Origin: an uncultured delta proteobacterium
Lineage (GTDB): Bacteria; Desulfobacterota; Desulfuromonadia; Geobacterales; DSM-12255
Direction: 5' to 3'
DNA: 64,000 bases
Assembly: GCA_963787125.1 (NCBI GenBank)
Contig: CAWBBV010000011.1
Location: 160,001-224,000 of the forward strand
Below the pieces are notes generated by a model. That model saw only the letters and a list, made by a program, of their open reading frames with translations. It was not told the origin of the DNA and did no database searches. Each line of letters begins with the position of its first letter. Position 1 is the first letter of the stretch. Shown piece by piece: positions 48,565-61,333 of the stretch. The translations under genes and the position numbers were made by a program.

Positions 48565-48910
48565 ACTGCCAAAACGAGGTGAAATCTGGCTTCTTGACTG
48601 GTCGCCTTCCCGAGGCTCCGAGCAGAGCGGCTTTCGACCGGCGCTGATTATCCAGACAGATGCCGCCAACCGCAATCCCGGCTACCCCAACACGATTATT
48701 CTGGCAATCAGCACCAAGGGGAAATCTGTCCCTTTTCATGTTACCATTCCGCCTGATCAGAAAAACGGATTGACTGAAGTTTCATATATAAAATGTGAGC
48801 AGGTTTTGACTGTTGCCAAGGAACGTCTGGTGAAAAAGCTCGGCGCAGTTGATGAAAAAACCATTGGCCAGGTTGCGCAGGCTGTGCGACTGGTGCTTGA
48901 GATCGGATAG
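48557..48910 (+). CDS. PemK/MazF-family endoribonuclease toxin
   Basis: KRGEIWLLD, GSEQSGFRPALII, KCEQVLTV, RLVKKLG. Confidence 0.92.
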   Translation: MSKLPKRGEIWLLDWSPSRGSEQSGFRPALIIQTDAANRNPGYPNTIILAISTKGKSVPFHVTIPPDQKNGLTEVSYIKCEQVLTVAKERLVKKLGAVDEKTIGQVAQAVRLVLEIG

Positions 48911-51500
<2,590 letters not shown>

Positions 51501-51503
51501 CAT

Positions 51504-51836
51504 ATGAATATTATTAAATTTCTTGTTCAAGGATCAGCATCGGAACCATATAAAGTGACCTTCCAAAAGAAAGACAACAACTTATCAGCCTTCTGTACAT
51601 GCCCTGCTGGAGATAACGGACAGTACTGCAAGCATCGTTTCAGCATTCTTGGCGGCTTTAATGACGGGATTGTTAGTGGAAATATAGCAGACGTTCAGAT
51701 TGTCGCATCATGGTTGCCAGGTACTGACGTAGAAACAGCATTGAATACTGTGATGGATGCAGAAGAGAAAAGTGAGCATGCTAAAAGAGAATTATCTGAA
51801 GCAAAAAAACGTTTAGCAAAAGCATTCAGAGACTAG
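51504..51836 (+). CDS. SWIM zinc-finger protein
   Basis: VQGSASEPYKV...CTCPAG....CKH; C-terminal coiled helix. Confidence 0.8.
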   Translation: MNIIKFLVQGSASEPYKVTFQKKDNNLSAFCTCPAGDNGQYCKHRFSILGGFNDGIVSGNIADVQIVASWLPGTDVETALNTVMDAEEKSEHAKRELSEAKKRLAKAFRD

Positions 51837-51859
51837 CCATTTTTAACAGGAGATTCGGG

Positions 51860-52135
51860 ATGAATCGCAGGGTAAGGATTGTAGTCACCGGCATTGTCCA
51901 GGGGGTCAACTTTCGCCGTTATACCCAGCTGACGGCCGCAAAGCTCGGGGTAACCGGCTGGGTGCGCAACACCCCCGGCGGCGCAGTGGAAGGGTGTTTC
52001 GAAGGGGAAGTAGCTGCTGTCAGTGCCCTGATAGAATGGTGCCGCACAGGTCCACCGAATGGCCGGGTCGACTCTCTTGAATTAGTGGAAGAGCAGTTCG
52101 CCGCCGAGTTTAACAGCTTCAGCATAAGGCAGTGA
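51860..52135 (+). CDS. acyP: Acylphosphatase
   Basis: GIVQGVNFR, GWVRN, WCRTGPP. Confidence 0.93.
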   Translation: MNRRVRIVVTGIVQGVNFRRYTQLTAAKLGVTGWVRNTPGGAVEGCFEGEVAAVSALIEWCRTGPPNGRVDSLELVEEQFAAEFNSFSIRQ

Positions 52136-52210
52136 ACCTCGCTCTTGTCATCCTCCACAAAAAGGTGTATCCATAGCCTCCCTCTACATAATCAATAAAG
52201 GAGTTTCTCC

Positions 52211-53380
52211 ATGGGAATACTTGCAAACAGTGTCAGCATCTGCCAATTTCAGGTTGTTGGCGACCAGCCTGAAGGGAATATTTTTGACTGGATCGCTGCC
52301 TGCCTCGATAAATACGCCTTTGGCAGTATCGAAGAGTGCGCTGATGAACTTTCTATCGGCTGGGTACAGACCGATGACTATCAAAAAGCCGATTTTTCCG
52401 GCAGGCAGCCGTTTCGCCACGACCACTACGTCAGCTTCAGTCTGCGCCGTGACCAGCGCCGGATACCGACTCCTCTCCTGAAAGCCTACCAGCAGATTGC
52501 CGAACATGAATTCCTCAATGCCAATCCCGGTTTTTTCAGGGTTCCAAAACAGAAGAAAGAGGATATCCGTGACGCTGTCCGCCTCTCTCTTCTGACAAGA
52601 ACACTCCCCTCACCGGCCATGTACGATATTGTCTGGGATACCAGAAACGGCCTTGTTACCCTGGCTTCGCTCAGTGCAAAGATCATCGATCTCTTTGAGA
52701 CCGAGTTCAAAAAGAGTTTCCCCGGCCTGCGACTGCTGATGATCCATCCGTTTGCCCGCGCACAGCGCGTCGCTCCCGAAGGATTGGCCGAGGAACTTGA
52801 GAAAGCAAATCTTGCGTCAACCGAATCAGTCATCGACCTGATCAGGACAAACAGCTGGATCGGGCAGGATTTCCTCCTCTGGCTTTTACATCAGACAGTG
52901 GAAGGCTCCGGTGAGCACAGGGTTACGACTCCCGGGATCTTCCTTAAAAACGAGCCGTTTACGGCTTTCATGAATGATCGGCTCATACTGCAGGCAAACG
53001 GTGAAACCGGATTGCAGCGCGTCACCGTTGCCGGGGCTCAGGACGATTTCCGCGAGGTGCTGGCGGCGCTGCGCATGGGGAAGTGCATTACTGAAGCGAC
53101 TATTCATTTTGAAAAAGATGAAAATGCCTGGAAACTGACCCTCAAAGGTGAGCTTTTTCATTTCGGCTCATTCAAGTGCCCGGCAGTTCAGCTGGAAAAG
53201 GATAGCACTGTTGACAGGGATGCCGAGATTGAGGCCGTTTTTTTCGAACGGATGCATCTGCTGGAAAGCGGCAGTCAGCTTTTCGACTCACTGTTTGCTG
53301 CGTTTCTGGCAGAGCGGCTTGCGGAAAAATGGCAGGGTAAAATGGCGCTTATAAAGGAATGGATAAACGCGGTTGATTAA
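52211..53380 (+). CDS. RdgC-related recombination-associated protein
   Basis: ELSIGWV, SLRRDQRRIP, KEDIRDAV...LL, IGQDFLLWL. Confidence 0.7.
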   Translation: MGILANSVSICQFQVVGDQPEGNIFDWIAACLDKYAFGSIEECADELSIGWVQTDDYQKADFSGRQPFRHDHYVSFSLRRDQRRIPTPLLKAYQQIAEHEFLNANPGFFRVPKQKKEDIRDAVRLSLLTRTLPSPAMYDIVWDTRNGLVTLASLSAKIIDLFETEFKKSFPGLRLLMIHPFARAQRVAPEGLAEELEKANLASTESVIDLIRTNSWIGQDFLLWLLHQTVEGSGEHRVTTPGIFLKNEPFTAFMNDRLILQANGETGLQRVTVAGAQDDFREVLAALRMGKCITEATIHFEKDENAWKLTLKGELFHFGSFKCPAVQLEKDSTVDRDAEIEAVFFERMHLLESGSQLFDSLFAAFLAERLAEKWQGKMALIKEWINAVD

Positions 53381-53394
53381 TTCCAAACGGCCTC

Positions 53395-54573
53395 TCACCC
53401 ACCGACAGTTGCAAGCGAAGCCTTCTGATGGGTAAGCAGTTCATCAACGGAATGGAGTGATTGGTCAAATTCCAGACCAACATAGATTAATTCATCTTTA
53501 CGCCTGACCTGGCGGACTTTTGCGGTCAGGTGAATGTTTTCGGGCCAATAAGGGCGAGTCAGCCGGAGCATAAGCGTCGCCCCTTCCTCGAGCAGGCTCT
53601 CACAGCCGAGCCCCATCCCCTGCTCACTGATGTCAGTGGAGAGCGCAGCCCGGTAGATTGCACCATCAAATGAAGCATACTCCACCAGAGATTTCACCGG
53701 ACGCCGGGAGTTACGCCGCCTGTCCTCAGAAAAAGAGTAAATACAGTTTCGCCGCTCTTTTGCCTTGTAGAGCTCCTTGTCAGCAGTTTCAATGATCTCT
53801 TCAGCGGTATTACCGCTATCCGGGAAAAGGGCAATCCCCCCGCTGATTGTCAGATTGCCGCTGTCAAGCAGCTCCTGCCGGGGGAAAAGATACTCCTCAA
53901 CCCCCTTCCTGACCCGCTCGGCAACGGCAAAGGCTGTATGCCTGTCGAGCCCTGGCAGCAGCAGGGCAAACTCCTCCCCGCCGTATCTGACCGCAACATC
54001 CCCATCCCGCAGGTTCTTCGTAATTATCTCGGCACACAGGCGGATCGCCTCATCCCCAAAAAGATGACCACAGCGGTCGTTGTACTGCTTGAAATGATCG
54101 AGGTCGAGGAATACCAGTGCAAAGCTGTTGTCCCTGTCGCGGCGCTGGTTATGGATCGTCTTTCCCAGAAGTTTCTTAAAATAGGTCTGGTTATAAAGGC
54201 CGGTAAGGCCGTCTGTCACTGAAGATCTGGTAATATTGTGGAGATAATCCCCTTCGATAATCCTTGGATCACTAAACTCCCCGGCAAAGCAGCGCAGATA
54301 ATCCATCAGTGCCGGTCGGAATCCTCTGGGCACATATTCAGGCTTGAATATCTTCTCGCAATGATTGATTGCGCCGAGCCAGTACCTACTGGAAAGCTCA
54401 CCGCCGAAATACTTGCCGGTCAGCAAAAAAAGCATCTCCTTGTAAACAGAATTGCCATGCGCACCAGCAAGTTCGTCGACCTTTGAAAGCAGCTGTGCAT
54501 CTTCAATATCGGCAGAAAGAAGCGGCAGGAGTTCTGAGGAAAATCTGTTTATAAGGGGGTGCGGAGTGAACAC
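53395..54573 (-). CDS. Diguanylate cyclase with a C-terminal PilZ domain
   Basis: DGLTGLYN, DLDHFKQYND, RxxD I-site, RYGGEEF; PilZ RxxxR and DISEQG. Confidence 0.9.
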   Translation of the reverse strand: MFTPHPLINRFSSELLPLLSADIEDAQLLSKVDELAGAHGNSVYKEMLFLLTGKYFGGELSSRYWLGAINHCEKIFKPEYVPRGFRPALMDYLRCFAGEFSDPRIIEGDYLHNITRSSVTDGLTGLYNQTYFKKLLGKTIHNQRRDRDNSFALVFLDLDHFKQYNDRCGHLFGDEAIRLCAEIITKNLRDGDVAVRYGGEEFALLLPGLDRHTAFAVAERVRKGVEEYLFPRQELLDSGNLTISGGIALFPDSGNTAEEIIETADKELYKAKERRNCIYSFSEDRRRNSRRPVKSLVEYASFDGAIYRAALSTDISEQGMGLGCESLLEEGATLMLRLTRPYWPENIHLTAKVRQVRRKDELIYVGLEFDQSLHSVDELLTHQKASLATVGG

Positions 54574-54687
54574 TTTACCTCTGAGAAAGCAGAGAAATAT
54601 AAGATCGCATGAATATATATATTTTAATTTTACATTGCAAATAAAAACTTGCGACTAGGCTTTATCCTTAAAAATAGCACCGTTACG

Positions 54688-54830
54688 ACTGCGGACTCAA
54701 TAAACCATCAGGAACAATCACAGCGCTCGTTTTGTCACACCCCCTATTTCTGGCTCTTGCGGCCACGCTCACCTCGGCGTCAGAGCCTCCGGCAAAAGCG
54801 GTCCGTTCGGCAACCTGTGCGATCCTGATG
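54688..54830. other. Structured intergenic element (nested long hairpin; ncRNA or MITE-like repeat)
   Basis: CATCAGGA(54706)/TCCTGATG(54823), CACAG/CTGTG and GGCTCT/AGAGCC nested pairings. Confidence 0.5.
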
Positions 54831-54976
54831 CACTAATTACAAAACTGGTTTCCAGACCGAATGTGATAAGGTATAAAGAAGAACCGGGAACTAATTCTTC
54901 GGTCCATTGTCTGATGAGGTAAATCAACTTGAACGATGTCACTGCCGCCCACTTCGCCAACCCTGGCGGAATCCAC

Positions 54977-55729
54977 ATGGAAAAGGTCTGCTATTCTATC
55001 GGCGGTCGCAAAATTCTGCACGACTTCGACCTCTCGCTATCTCCGGGTGTAAACAGAACCATTCTCGGAGTGAGCGGAGTCGGCAAGACCACCATTCTGA
55101 AACTTATCCTCGGCCTTTTAAAACCTGACTCAGGCAACATCTCCATTGATGGCACGGATATAATCAATCTGGCTGAAAGCAGGTTGACTAGTGCCCGCAA
55201 GCATATCGCCATAGTCTTTCAGGGGGGAGCGCTCTTCGACTCAATGACCGTCGGCGAGAATGTCGGCTACCGACTGCTTGAGGAAGGAAACTTGACCGAA
55301 GTTGAAATCGAGGCCATTGCCAGAGAAAAGCTCGGATTCGTCGGTCTTGAAAAGGCAATTGACCTCTACCCCTCCGAGCTTTCAGGCGGAATGAAGAAAC
55401 GGGCAGCCATTGCCAGGGCGCTGGCAGCCGATCCTCAATACATTTTTTTTGACGAGCCGACCACCGGCCTCGACCCGATTGGCGTTTACAACATCCGGCA
55501 GCTCATGTTAAAACTGCAGGCAGAGGGGAAGACGACCCTTATGGTTACTCACGATATGGCAACGGCGTTTGCCGTCTCAGACAGGTTTTCGTTCATACAC
55601 GATTCCCGTCTTGTTTTTGAAGGCACAAAGCTCGAACTTGAGAGTAGCCGTACCAAAGCGATCCTCGAATTTTTCTCTCCAGGGGAAGAGTCGCTCTTCA
55701 GATTTGTTGAAACGCAGGAGAACACATGA
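54977..55729 (+). CDS. MlaF/Ttg2A-like ABC ATPase
   Basis: GVSGVGKT, FQGGALFDSMTV, LSGGMKKR, FDEPTTGLDP. Confidence 0.88.
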   Translation: MEKVCYSIGGRKILHDFDLSLSPGVNRTILGVSGVGKTTILKLILGLLKPDSGNISIDGTDIINLAESRLTSARKHIAIVFQGGALFDSMTVGENVGYRLLEEGNLTEVEIEAIAREKLGFVGLEKAIDLYPSELSGGMKKRAAIARALAADPQYIFFDEPTTGLDPIGVYNIRQLMLKLQAEGKTTLMVTHDMATAFAVSDRFSFIHDSRLVFEGTKLELESSRTKAILEFFSPGEESLFRFVETQENT

Positions 55730-56808
55730 AGCGCAGCGATAACCTCAGATGGTCACAGGTAAAAACCGGCATATTTATCCTGTTGGCGATCCTTCTGTTC
55801 GGCGGTGGCGTGCTGATGATGGGAGACAAGACCAAGATGTTCATCGACAAAGGGACTCTTTCGGTCATCATGCCTGATGTCGCCGGGCTAAAAATAGGCG
55901 CCCCGGTCTGGCTTGCCGGCGTTGATGTCGGTCTGGTCACCAATATCGGCTTTGAAACCCCGGAAAAGAACAATGAAATCACCGTGACACTGCAGATCGA
56001 CAAGAGTGCGCTCAAAAAAATAAATTCCGACTCAAGAATCACCATCAAGACCCGCGGCCTGATGGGTGAGAAGTATGTCGACGTGACCCCGAGCAAGAGT
56101 TTTTCTACTACGCCGCCATCGTCAATCCGCGGCGAAAACGTCGCCCGCCTTGACGATGTCATGGTAAAGGCCGGCGCCTCCTTTGACCGACTGAACCGTG
56201 TCATGGAAAAGGTTGAAAATGGAGAAGGCTCGCTCGGCAAACTGATGACCGATAAAAAGCTCTATGACAATCTTGCGACGCTTTCACTGGAGTTGAAAGT
56301 TCTTGCAGATACTATCAACCGCGGTGAGGGCTCTCTCGGCAAAATGATGCGCAGTGATGAGCCGTATAAAAAGATTATCGCCATCCTCAACCGCGCTGAT
56401 GCCACCCTGACAGACATCCAATCGGCTGACGGCACACTGGGAAAACTTGTCCGTGATCGGGAACTCTACGATAAAATGGTAAAGCTTGCGGACAAAAGCT
56501 CTCTTGCTGCTGATGACATGCGGGAGTTGAAAAAAATCCTCACTTCTAAAGAGAATACCATTGGCAAACTCCTCACAGACAAGGATCTTTACGACAGAGG
56601 CGTTGCCCTGGTAACAAGTGCTGACCATGCAGTCAAAGCCTATGAAGCCGCTGCCACCAAACTGCAGACAAAAGAGGGTACTGCCGGAAAACTTCTCAAT
56701 GATCGGGAAGCTTATGATAAACTCGTCGTCATGATCGAAAGCATCGACGCCCTCATTAAGGACATCAAGGCACATCCAACAAAATACGTTAAGCTTTCAA
56801 TTTTTTAG
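55726..56808 (+). CDS. MlaD/MCE-family protein
   Basis: N-terminal TM, GLKIGAPVWLAGVDVG, GLMGEKYV, repeated GxGSLGKL helical units. Confidence 0.9.
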   Translation: MKRSDNLRWSQVKTGIFILLAILLFGGGVLMMGDKTKMFIDKGTLSVIMPDVAGLKIGAPVWLAGVDVGLVTNIGFETPEKNNEITVTLQIDKSALKKINSDSRITIKTRGLMGEKYVDVTPSKSFSTTPPSSIRGENVARLDDVMVKAGASFDRLNRVMEKVENGEGSLGKLMTDKKLYDNLATLSLELKVLADTINRGEGSLGKMMRSDEPYKKIIAILNRADATLTDIQSADGTLGKLVRDRELYDKMVKLADKSSLAADDMRELKKILTSKENTIGKLLTDKDLYDRGVALVTSADHAVKAYEAAATKLQTKEGTAGKLLNDREAYDKLVVMIESIDALIKDIKAHPTKYVKLSIF

Positions 56809-56821
56809 CAAGGGGTCGTGC

Positions 56822-57748
56822 ATGTCTTCATTAGAACGAATCCTTACAGCCATCATACTGCTTGGACTTATTGTCTCATCACCTGTGGCAGCTGCCCAGC
56901 CGGAAAAAATCATTATCGGAGTTATTCCGGAGCTGAATCTTGTCAAGCAGATGGATCGATTTGTGCCACTATCCGATTATCTTGACAAAAAAACCGGTTA
57001 CGATGTGGACATAAAACCGATGTCAAATTATGGTCAGCTTTACGAGGAGATGCGTGACGGCAACATTGACGCCGGGTTTTTCGGCAGCCTGGTTTACGCC
57101 ATCACTCAAGCACGCATCGGTATCGAACCGCTTGTCAGACCGGTGCAGCTTAATGGCAAATCCACCTACACCGGTCTGCTGTTTGTCCGGAAGGATGCGG
57201 GCATAAAAAATATTGCCGCCATGAAAGGCAAAACCATCGCCCTGGTTGATCCGGCAACGACTGGCGGCTATCTTGCCCAGAAAGATTACTTTGCCCATCA
57301 CGGCATAAACATCGACACCGACATGAAAATACTCTGGACAGGGAGCCATGAAGCGGCAATCAAGGCGGTTCTCAGCAATCAGGCAGAGGTAGGCGGCGCA
57401 AAAAACACTGTAGTCGCTAAATTCCGTAAGGAGAACAGCGTCTTTGATACTGTTGTAGAGATAATCAACGAAACCCCGAAACAGGGTGTTCCTGACAACA
57501 CCCTGGCTGTGCGTAACGGGCTGGACCCGGCAAAGAAAGCTCGGCTCAGGAAGGTGCTCCTTGCCATGAATAGCGACCCGGAAGGGAAAAAGGTACTGGC
57601 AAGATTCGGGGCGATAAAATTCATCCCCACCACGGATGAAGAGTTCAAACCACTTTACGACTTAGTCAGACACCTTAAGATAAACCTCAAAGTCTACCCT
57701 TACAAAAAAGAACCGACCACACCTACTATCAATAAAGCGAGTCATTAA
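56822..57748 (+). CDS. PhnD-like phosphate/phosphite/phosphonate-binding protein
   Basis: Signal peptide; [22 protein letters not shown]. Confidence 0.8.
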   Translation: MSSLERILTAIILLGLIVSSPVAAAQPEKIIIGVIPELNLVKQMDRFVPLSDYLDKKTGYDVDIKPMSNYGQLYEEMRDGNIDAGFFGSLVYAITQARIGIEPLVRPVQLNGKSTYTGLLFVRKDAGIKNIAAMKGKTIALVDPATTGGYLAQKDYFAHHGINIDTDMKILWTGSHEAAIKAVLSNQAEVGGAKNTVVAKFRKENSVFDTVVEIINETPKQGVPDNTLAVRNGLDPAKKARLRKVLLAMNSDPEGKKVLARFGAIKFIPTTDEEFKPLYDLVRHLKINLKVYPYKKEPTTPTINKASH

Positions 57749-57749
57749 G

Positions 57750-58439
57750 ATGTCAAATAAAGCGGTCATTCTCTACAGCGGCGGACTCGACTCGACAACC
57801 TGCATGGCGATTGCTGCCAGTCAGGGATTTTCGCCTTATGCCATCAGCTTCTCCTACGGTCAGCGCCATTCTATAGAACTGGAACTCGCCAAAAACAACG
57901 CCCTGGTAATGGGAGCAATCGATCACCTTGTCGTCGACTTTGATTATCGCAAGGTTGGCGGCAGCGCCCTGACTTCCGAGCTGTCAGTCCCCAAGGATGG
58001 CGTCGGCGACGACATTCCGGTTACCTACGTACCGGCAAGAAACACCATATTCCTCTCTTTTGCCCTTGGCTGGGCAGAAGTGCTCGGAGCCAAAGACATC
58101 TTCATCGGTGTCAACGCCCTTGATTACTCAGGTTACCCTGACTGCCGCCCGGAGTACATCGCCGCCTTCGAGAAAATGGCAAACCTTGCCACAAAAGCCG
58201 GGGTTGAAGGCAACAGTTTCCGCATTCATACCCCCCTCATCGCCATCACCAAGGCTGAGATCATCAAAAAAGGGCTCGCTCTGGGAGTCGATTATTCCCG
58301 AACCCACTCCTGCTACGACCCGACCCCGACCGGCCTGTCCTGCGGTCTCTGCGACTCATGCCGCTTAAGGCTTAAAGGGTTTGCTGAGGCGGGTATGAAG
58401 GATCCGGTTAAGTATGTAGCAGAAAAGGTCGGGCTGTGA
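57750..58439 (+). CDS. queC: 7-cyano-7-deazaguanine synthase
   Basis: SGGLDST, YGQRH, TYVPARN, SGYPDCR, CGLCDSC. Confidence 0.96.
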   Translation: MSNKAVILYSGGLDSTTCMAIAASQGFSPYAISFSYGQRHSIELELAKNNALVMGAIDHLVVDFDYRKVGGSALTSELSVPKDGVGDDIPVTYVPARNTIFLSFALGWAEVLGAKDIFIGVNALDYSGYPDCRPEYIAAFEKMANLATKAGVEGNSFRIHTPLIAITKAEIIKKGLALGVDYSRTHSCYDPTPTGLSCGLCDSCRLRLKGFAEAGMKDPVKYVAEKVGL

Positions 58440-59227
58440 AACCTATGCCAAGCCGAATGCCTGACATGCAGAAATCAAGAGATACCCGTAATATTCCCAT
58501 CGACAAGGTAGGGGTCAAGGATATCTCCTATCCGATCGTTGTCATGGACAGGAAGAAAAAGTTCCAGCATACAATTGCCCGGATCAACATGTACGTAGAT
58601 CTTCCCCACCAGTTCAAGGGGACGCACATGAGCCGTTTTGTTGAAATTCTCAACAGTTACCGGGAAGAGATTGCGTTGGACAAGCTTGAGATCATGCTGG
58701 CGGAGATGAAGAAAAAACTCGGCGCTTCAACGGCGCACCTGGAGATGGAATTCCCTTACTTCATTGAAAAAAAGGCCCCGGTTTCAAAGGCCAGGAGCCT
58801 GATGGAATACACCTGCTCATTTGCGGCAACGCTGGCAGACGAGTTTGACTTCGTCCTCGGCATCAGAGTACCGGTAACCTCCCTCTGCCCCTGCAGCAAG
58901 GAACTCTCTGCTTACGGCGCTCACAACCAGCGCTCTATCATCTCAATCAAAGTGAGATACAGCAGCTTTGTCTGGATAGAGGATCTTGTCTCTGCCGTCG
59001 AAGAGTGCGGTTCAAGCCCCGTCTACTCCCTATTGAAACGCGTCGATGAAAAACATGTGACTGAGCAGGCCTATGAGAACCCGAAATTCGTCGAGGATAT
59101 TGTCCGCGAAGTCACTGAAAAGTTGCTTGCAGAGCCTTCAATAACCTGGTTCAGCGTTGAGGCGGAGAACTTTGAATCGATTCACAAGCACTCTGCTTAT
59201 GCCTTTATTGAACGGTCAAAAGTTTAA
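58436..59227 (+). CDS. folE2: GTP cyclohydrolase FolE2
   Basis: [43 protein letters not shown]; start uncertain (58436/58445/58457). Confidence 0.94.
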   Translation: MKPMPSRMPDMQKSRDTRNIPIDKVGVKDISYPIVVMDRKKKFQHTIARINMYVDLPHQFKGTHMSRFVEILNSYREEIALDKLEIMLAEMKKKLGASTAHLEMEFPYFIEKKAPVSKARSLMEYTCSFAATLADEFDFVLGIRVPVTSLCPCSKELSAYGAHNQRSIISIKVRYSSFVWIEDLVSAVEECGSSPVYSLLKRVDEKHVTEQAYENPKFVEDIVREVTEKLLAEPSITWFSVEAENFESIHKHSAYAFIERSKV

Positions 59228-59249
59228 CTTTCCCCTGATCAACACCCAC

Positions 59250-59289
59250 TGTGGATAAGACTGTGGATAACTGGCCAAACTGTGGATAA
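59250..59289. promoter_or_regulatory. Cluster of three perfect co-oriented DnaA boxes
   Basis: TGTGGATAA (reverse complement of TTATCCACA) at 59250, 59262 and 59281. Confidence 0.85.
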
Positions 59290-59412
59290 AGCTAAATATT
59301 CGGCTTTCATTTGCTTTTACCAAGCCACGCTAAATTTTGCTAACTACCTGTAATCAATCAATGTAGTTTCTCGGAGCTGAATTTGACCTTAACCTTTTCC
59401 CACCGGGAGCCA

Positions 59413-60102
59413 GTGCACTCCCGCGCCCTGATAATCTTTGCAAAATCTCCGCTTCCAGGGAGCGTAAAAACCCGCCTCACCCCCCCCTTTACACCTGAAC
59501 TAGCCTGCGAAATCTACCGCGCAATGCTTTTGGACACCCTGGAGATAAGCCGTTCGCTTACCGGTGTGACCATCTTTCTGTTTTTTGAGGATGCGCCGGA
59601 CGCTGCTGATTTTTTCGCGACACTTTCTCCTGACATCCTCTCCCTTCCACAAACAGGCGTCAATCTTGGCGAGCGGATGGAAAATGCCTTTAAGGAAATC
59701 TTCGGACGCGGCTTCTCAAAAGTGGCGATAATCGGCACGGATTCACCGGATCTGCCGCTTGAGCATATTTTTGAAGCTTTCAGCCTGCTGGAGTATGAGC
59801 ATACTGATGTGGTGTTTGGCCCTGCTGAGGATGGCGGCTACTACCTGATGGCGCTTAAGAAGGTATGGAAAGAGCTTTTCACGGGACTGCCATGGAGCAG
59901 TGACACATTGCTGGAAGCAAGTGTACTGGCAGCGAAAGATTCGTGTCTGGGGGCGTCATTTTTGCCGGAATGGCATGACATTGATAATGTCACTGATCTG
60001 AAGCACCTGCAACAATGGGAAGGGGATGGTCCGGCAGCCAGGACGAGGGAATTTCTTACTTCAGTACATCTACCTGATAACTCACCTCTTTCAGATAGTT
60101 GA
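59413..60102 (+). CDS. DUF2064/TIGR04282-family glycosyltransferase-like protein
   Basis: IFAKSPLPGSVKTRL, LGERM, IGTDSPDL, GPAEDGGYYL, DIDNVTDL. Confidence 0.85.
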   Translation: MHSRALIIFAKSPLPGSVKTRLTPPFTPELACEIYRAMLLDTLEISRSLTGVTIFLFFEDAPDAADFFATLSPDILSLPQTGVNLGERMENAFKEIFGRGFSKVAIIGTDSPDLPLEHIFEAFSLLEYEHTDVVFGPAEDGGYYLMALKKVWKELFTGLPWSSDTLLEASVLAAKDSCLGASFLPEWHDIDNVTDLKHLQQWEGDGPAARTREFLTSVHLPDNSPLSDS

Positions 60103-61276
60103 CAACGTCATTGATATGTTCATAGCCGCGCGTCTCAAGTTCGATCAGGACTTCGGTCTTGCCGATGGGAAGAGATTTTGAGCGACGGTCATGGGTGATA
60201 ATGGAGATATTCGCCTTGACGGTGGCAATCTCTGCAGCCAGTTTCGCTAAAGCGCCCGGAACGTCGTCAAGCTCTATTCTCAATTTAAGGTAACGCCCAG
60301 CCGCCACTAAGCCGCGCTCGACAACGACTGAAATGGTTTTGACATCGATATTGCCACCTGAAAGCAGGCAGACGGTCTTTCCTGTCAGGTTTTTCGCCGC
60401 GCCACAGAGAAGCGCAGCCAGCGGCACTGCTCCGGCCCCTTCGACAAGAAGTTTTGTCCGTTCCAGGAGCGCCACGATTGCCAGGGAAATATCCTCTTCA
60501 TCAACAAGCACAACATCATCAACCAGGCTCTGGACTATCGGGAAGGTGTTCATCCCGACTTTCTTTACAGCTATACCGTCAGCCAGACTGACAGCCAGGG
60601 AGGTTTCCCTGACCTTCCCCTTTTGTAAAGAGTTGTGCATGCCGGGAGCGGCCTTTGATTCAACGCCTATAATCCTTACGTGAGGATGGGTCTCCTTGAT
60701 GGCCGTTGCTACCCCGGCGATCAGACCGCCGCCGCCGATAGGGATCAGGATATTGGCAACGTCCGGCATCTCCTCAAGTATTTCCAGACCGATTGTCCCC
60801 TGTCCCGCCATGACCAGATAATCGTCAAAAGGATGGACAAAGAGCGCGCCGCTCGCCTTACCGGCGGCAACGGCAGCTTCATAGGCTTCATCAAAATTCC
60901 GGCCGGCCAGGACAACCTCTGCACCATAATCACGTGTGGCGAAAACCTTCTGCGGAGGGGTGCTCTCAGGCATGTAAACAGTTGCCTTAACACCAAGAAG
61001 GTCAGCCGAGAAAGCAACTCCCTGGGCATGATTCCCTGCAGACGCGGTAATAACACCGTCTTTAAGCTTCTCCTTCGGCAGGGAAGTCATGAAATTCATG
61101 GCCCCGCGAATTTTGAAGGCACCGGTGCGCTGCAGGTTTTCGCATTTGAACCAGAGTGGAATGCCGAGCCGTTCACTGAAATGATGGGAGTAGATAAGCT
61201 CGGTTTTGCGTATCCGCTTTTTCAGGCGATAAGCTGCTTCGTGGATAAGAGCGTAATCAAGGAGATCAGTTGACAT
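60056..61276 (-). CDS. ilvA: Threonine ammonia-lyase with an ACT domain
   Basis: KCENLQRTGAFKIRGA, SAGNHAQG, PIGGGGL, SGGNID, C-terminal ACT domain. Confidence 0.93.
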   Translation of the reverse strand: MSTDLLDYALIHEAAYRLKKRIRKTELIYSHHFSERLGIPLWFKCENLQRTGAFKIRGAMNFMTSLPKEKLKDGVITASAGNHAQGVAFSADLLGVKATVYMPESTPPQKVFATRDYGAEVVLAGRNFDEAYEAAVAAGKASGALFVHPFDDYLVMAGQGTIGLEILEEMPDVANILIPIGGGGLIAGVATAIKETHPHVRIIGVESKAAPGMHNSLQKGKVRETSLAVSLADGIAVKKVGMNTFPIVQSLVDDVVLVDEEDISLAIVALLERTKLLVEGAGAVPLAALLCGAAKNLTGKTVCLLSGGNIDVKTISVVVERGLVAAGRYLKLRIELDDVPGALAKLAAEIATVKANISIITHDRRSKSLPIGKTEVLIELETRGYEHINDVVNYLKEVSYQVDVLK

Positions 61277-61289
61277 GATAGGGGGAAAA

Positions 61290-61320
61290 GCTGCCGCTCC
61301 CTGCAGCAGGGAGCGGCAGC
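61290..61320 (-). terminator. Intrinsic terminator after the outer-membrane protein gene
   Basis: GCTGCCGCTCCCTG-3 nt-CAGGGAGCGGCAGC followed by TTTT on the minus strand. Confidence 0.75.
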
Positions 61321-61333
61321 AATTAGATAAAGG

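Noticed and set aside
53395..54573. Hypr-type cGAMP synthase
   Set aside because: The substrate-specificity position retains Asp (GHLFGD), as in ordinary diguanylate cyclases
56210..56720. Repeated GxGSLGKL units as a novel repeat protein
   Set aside because: A common helical-tail feature of single-MCE-domain proteins
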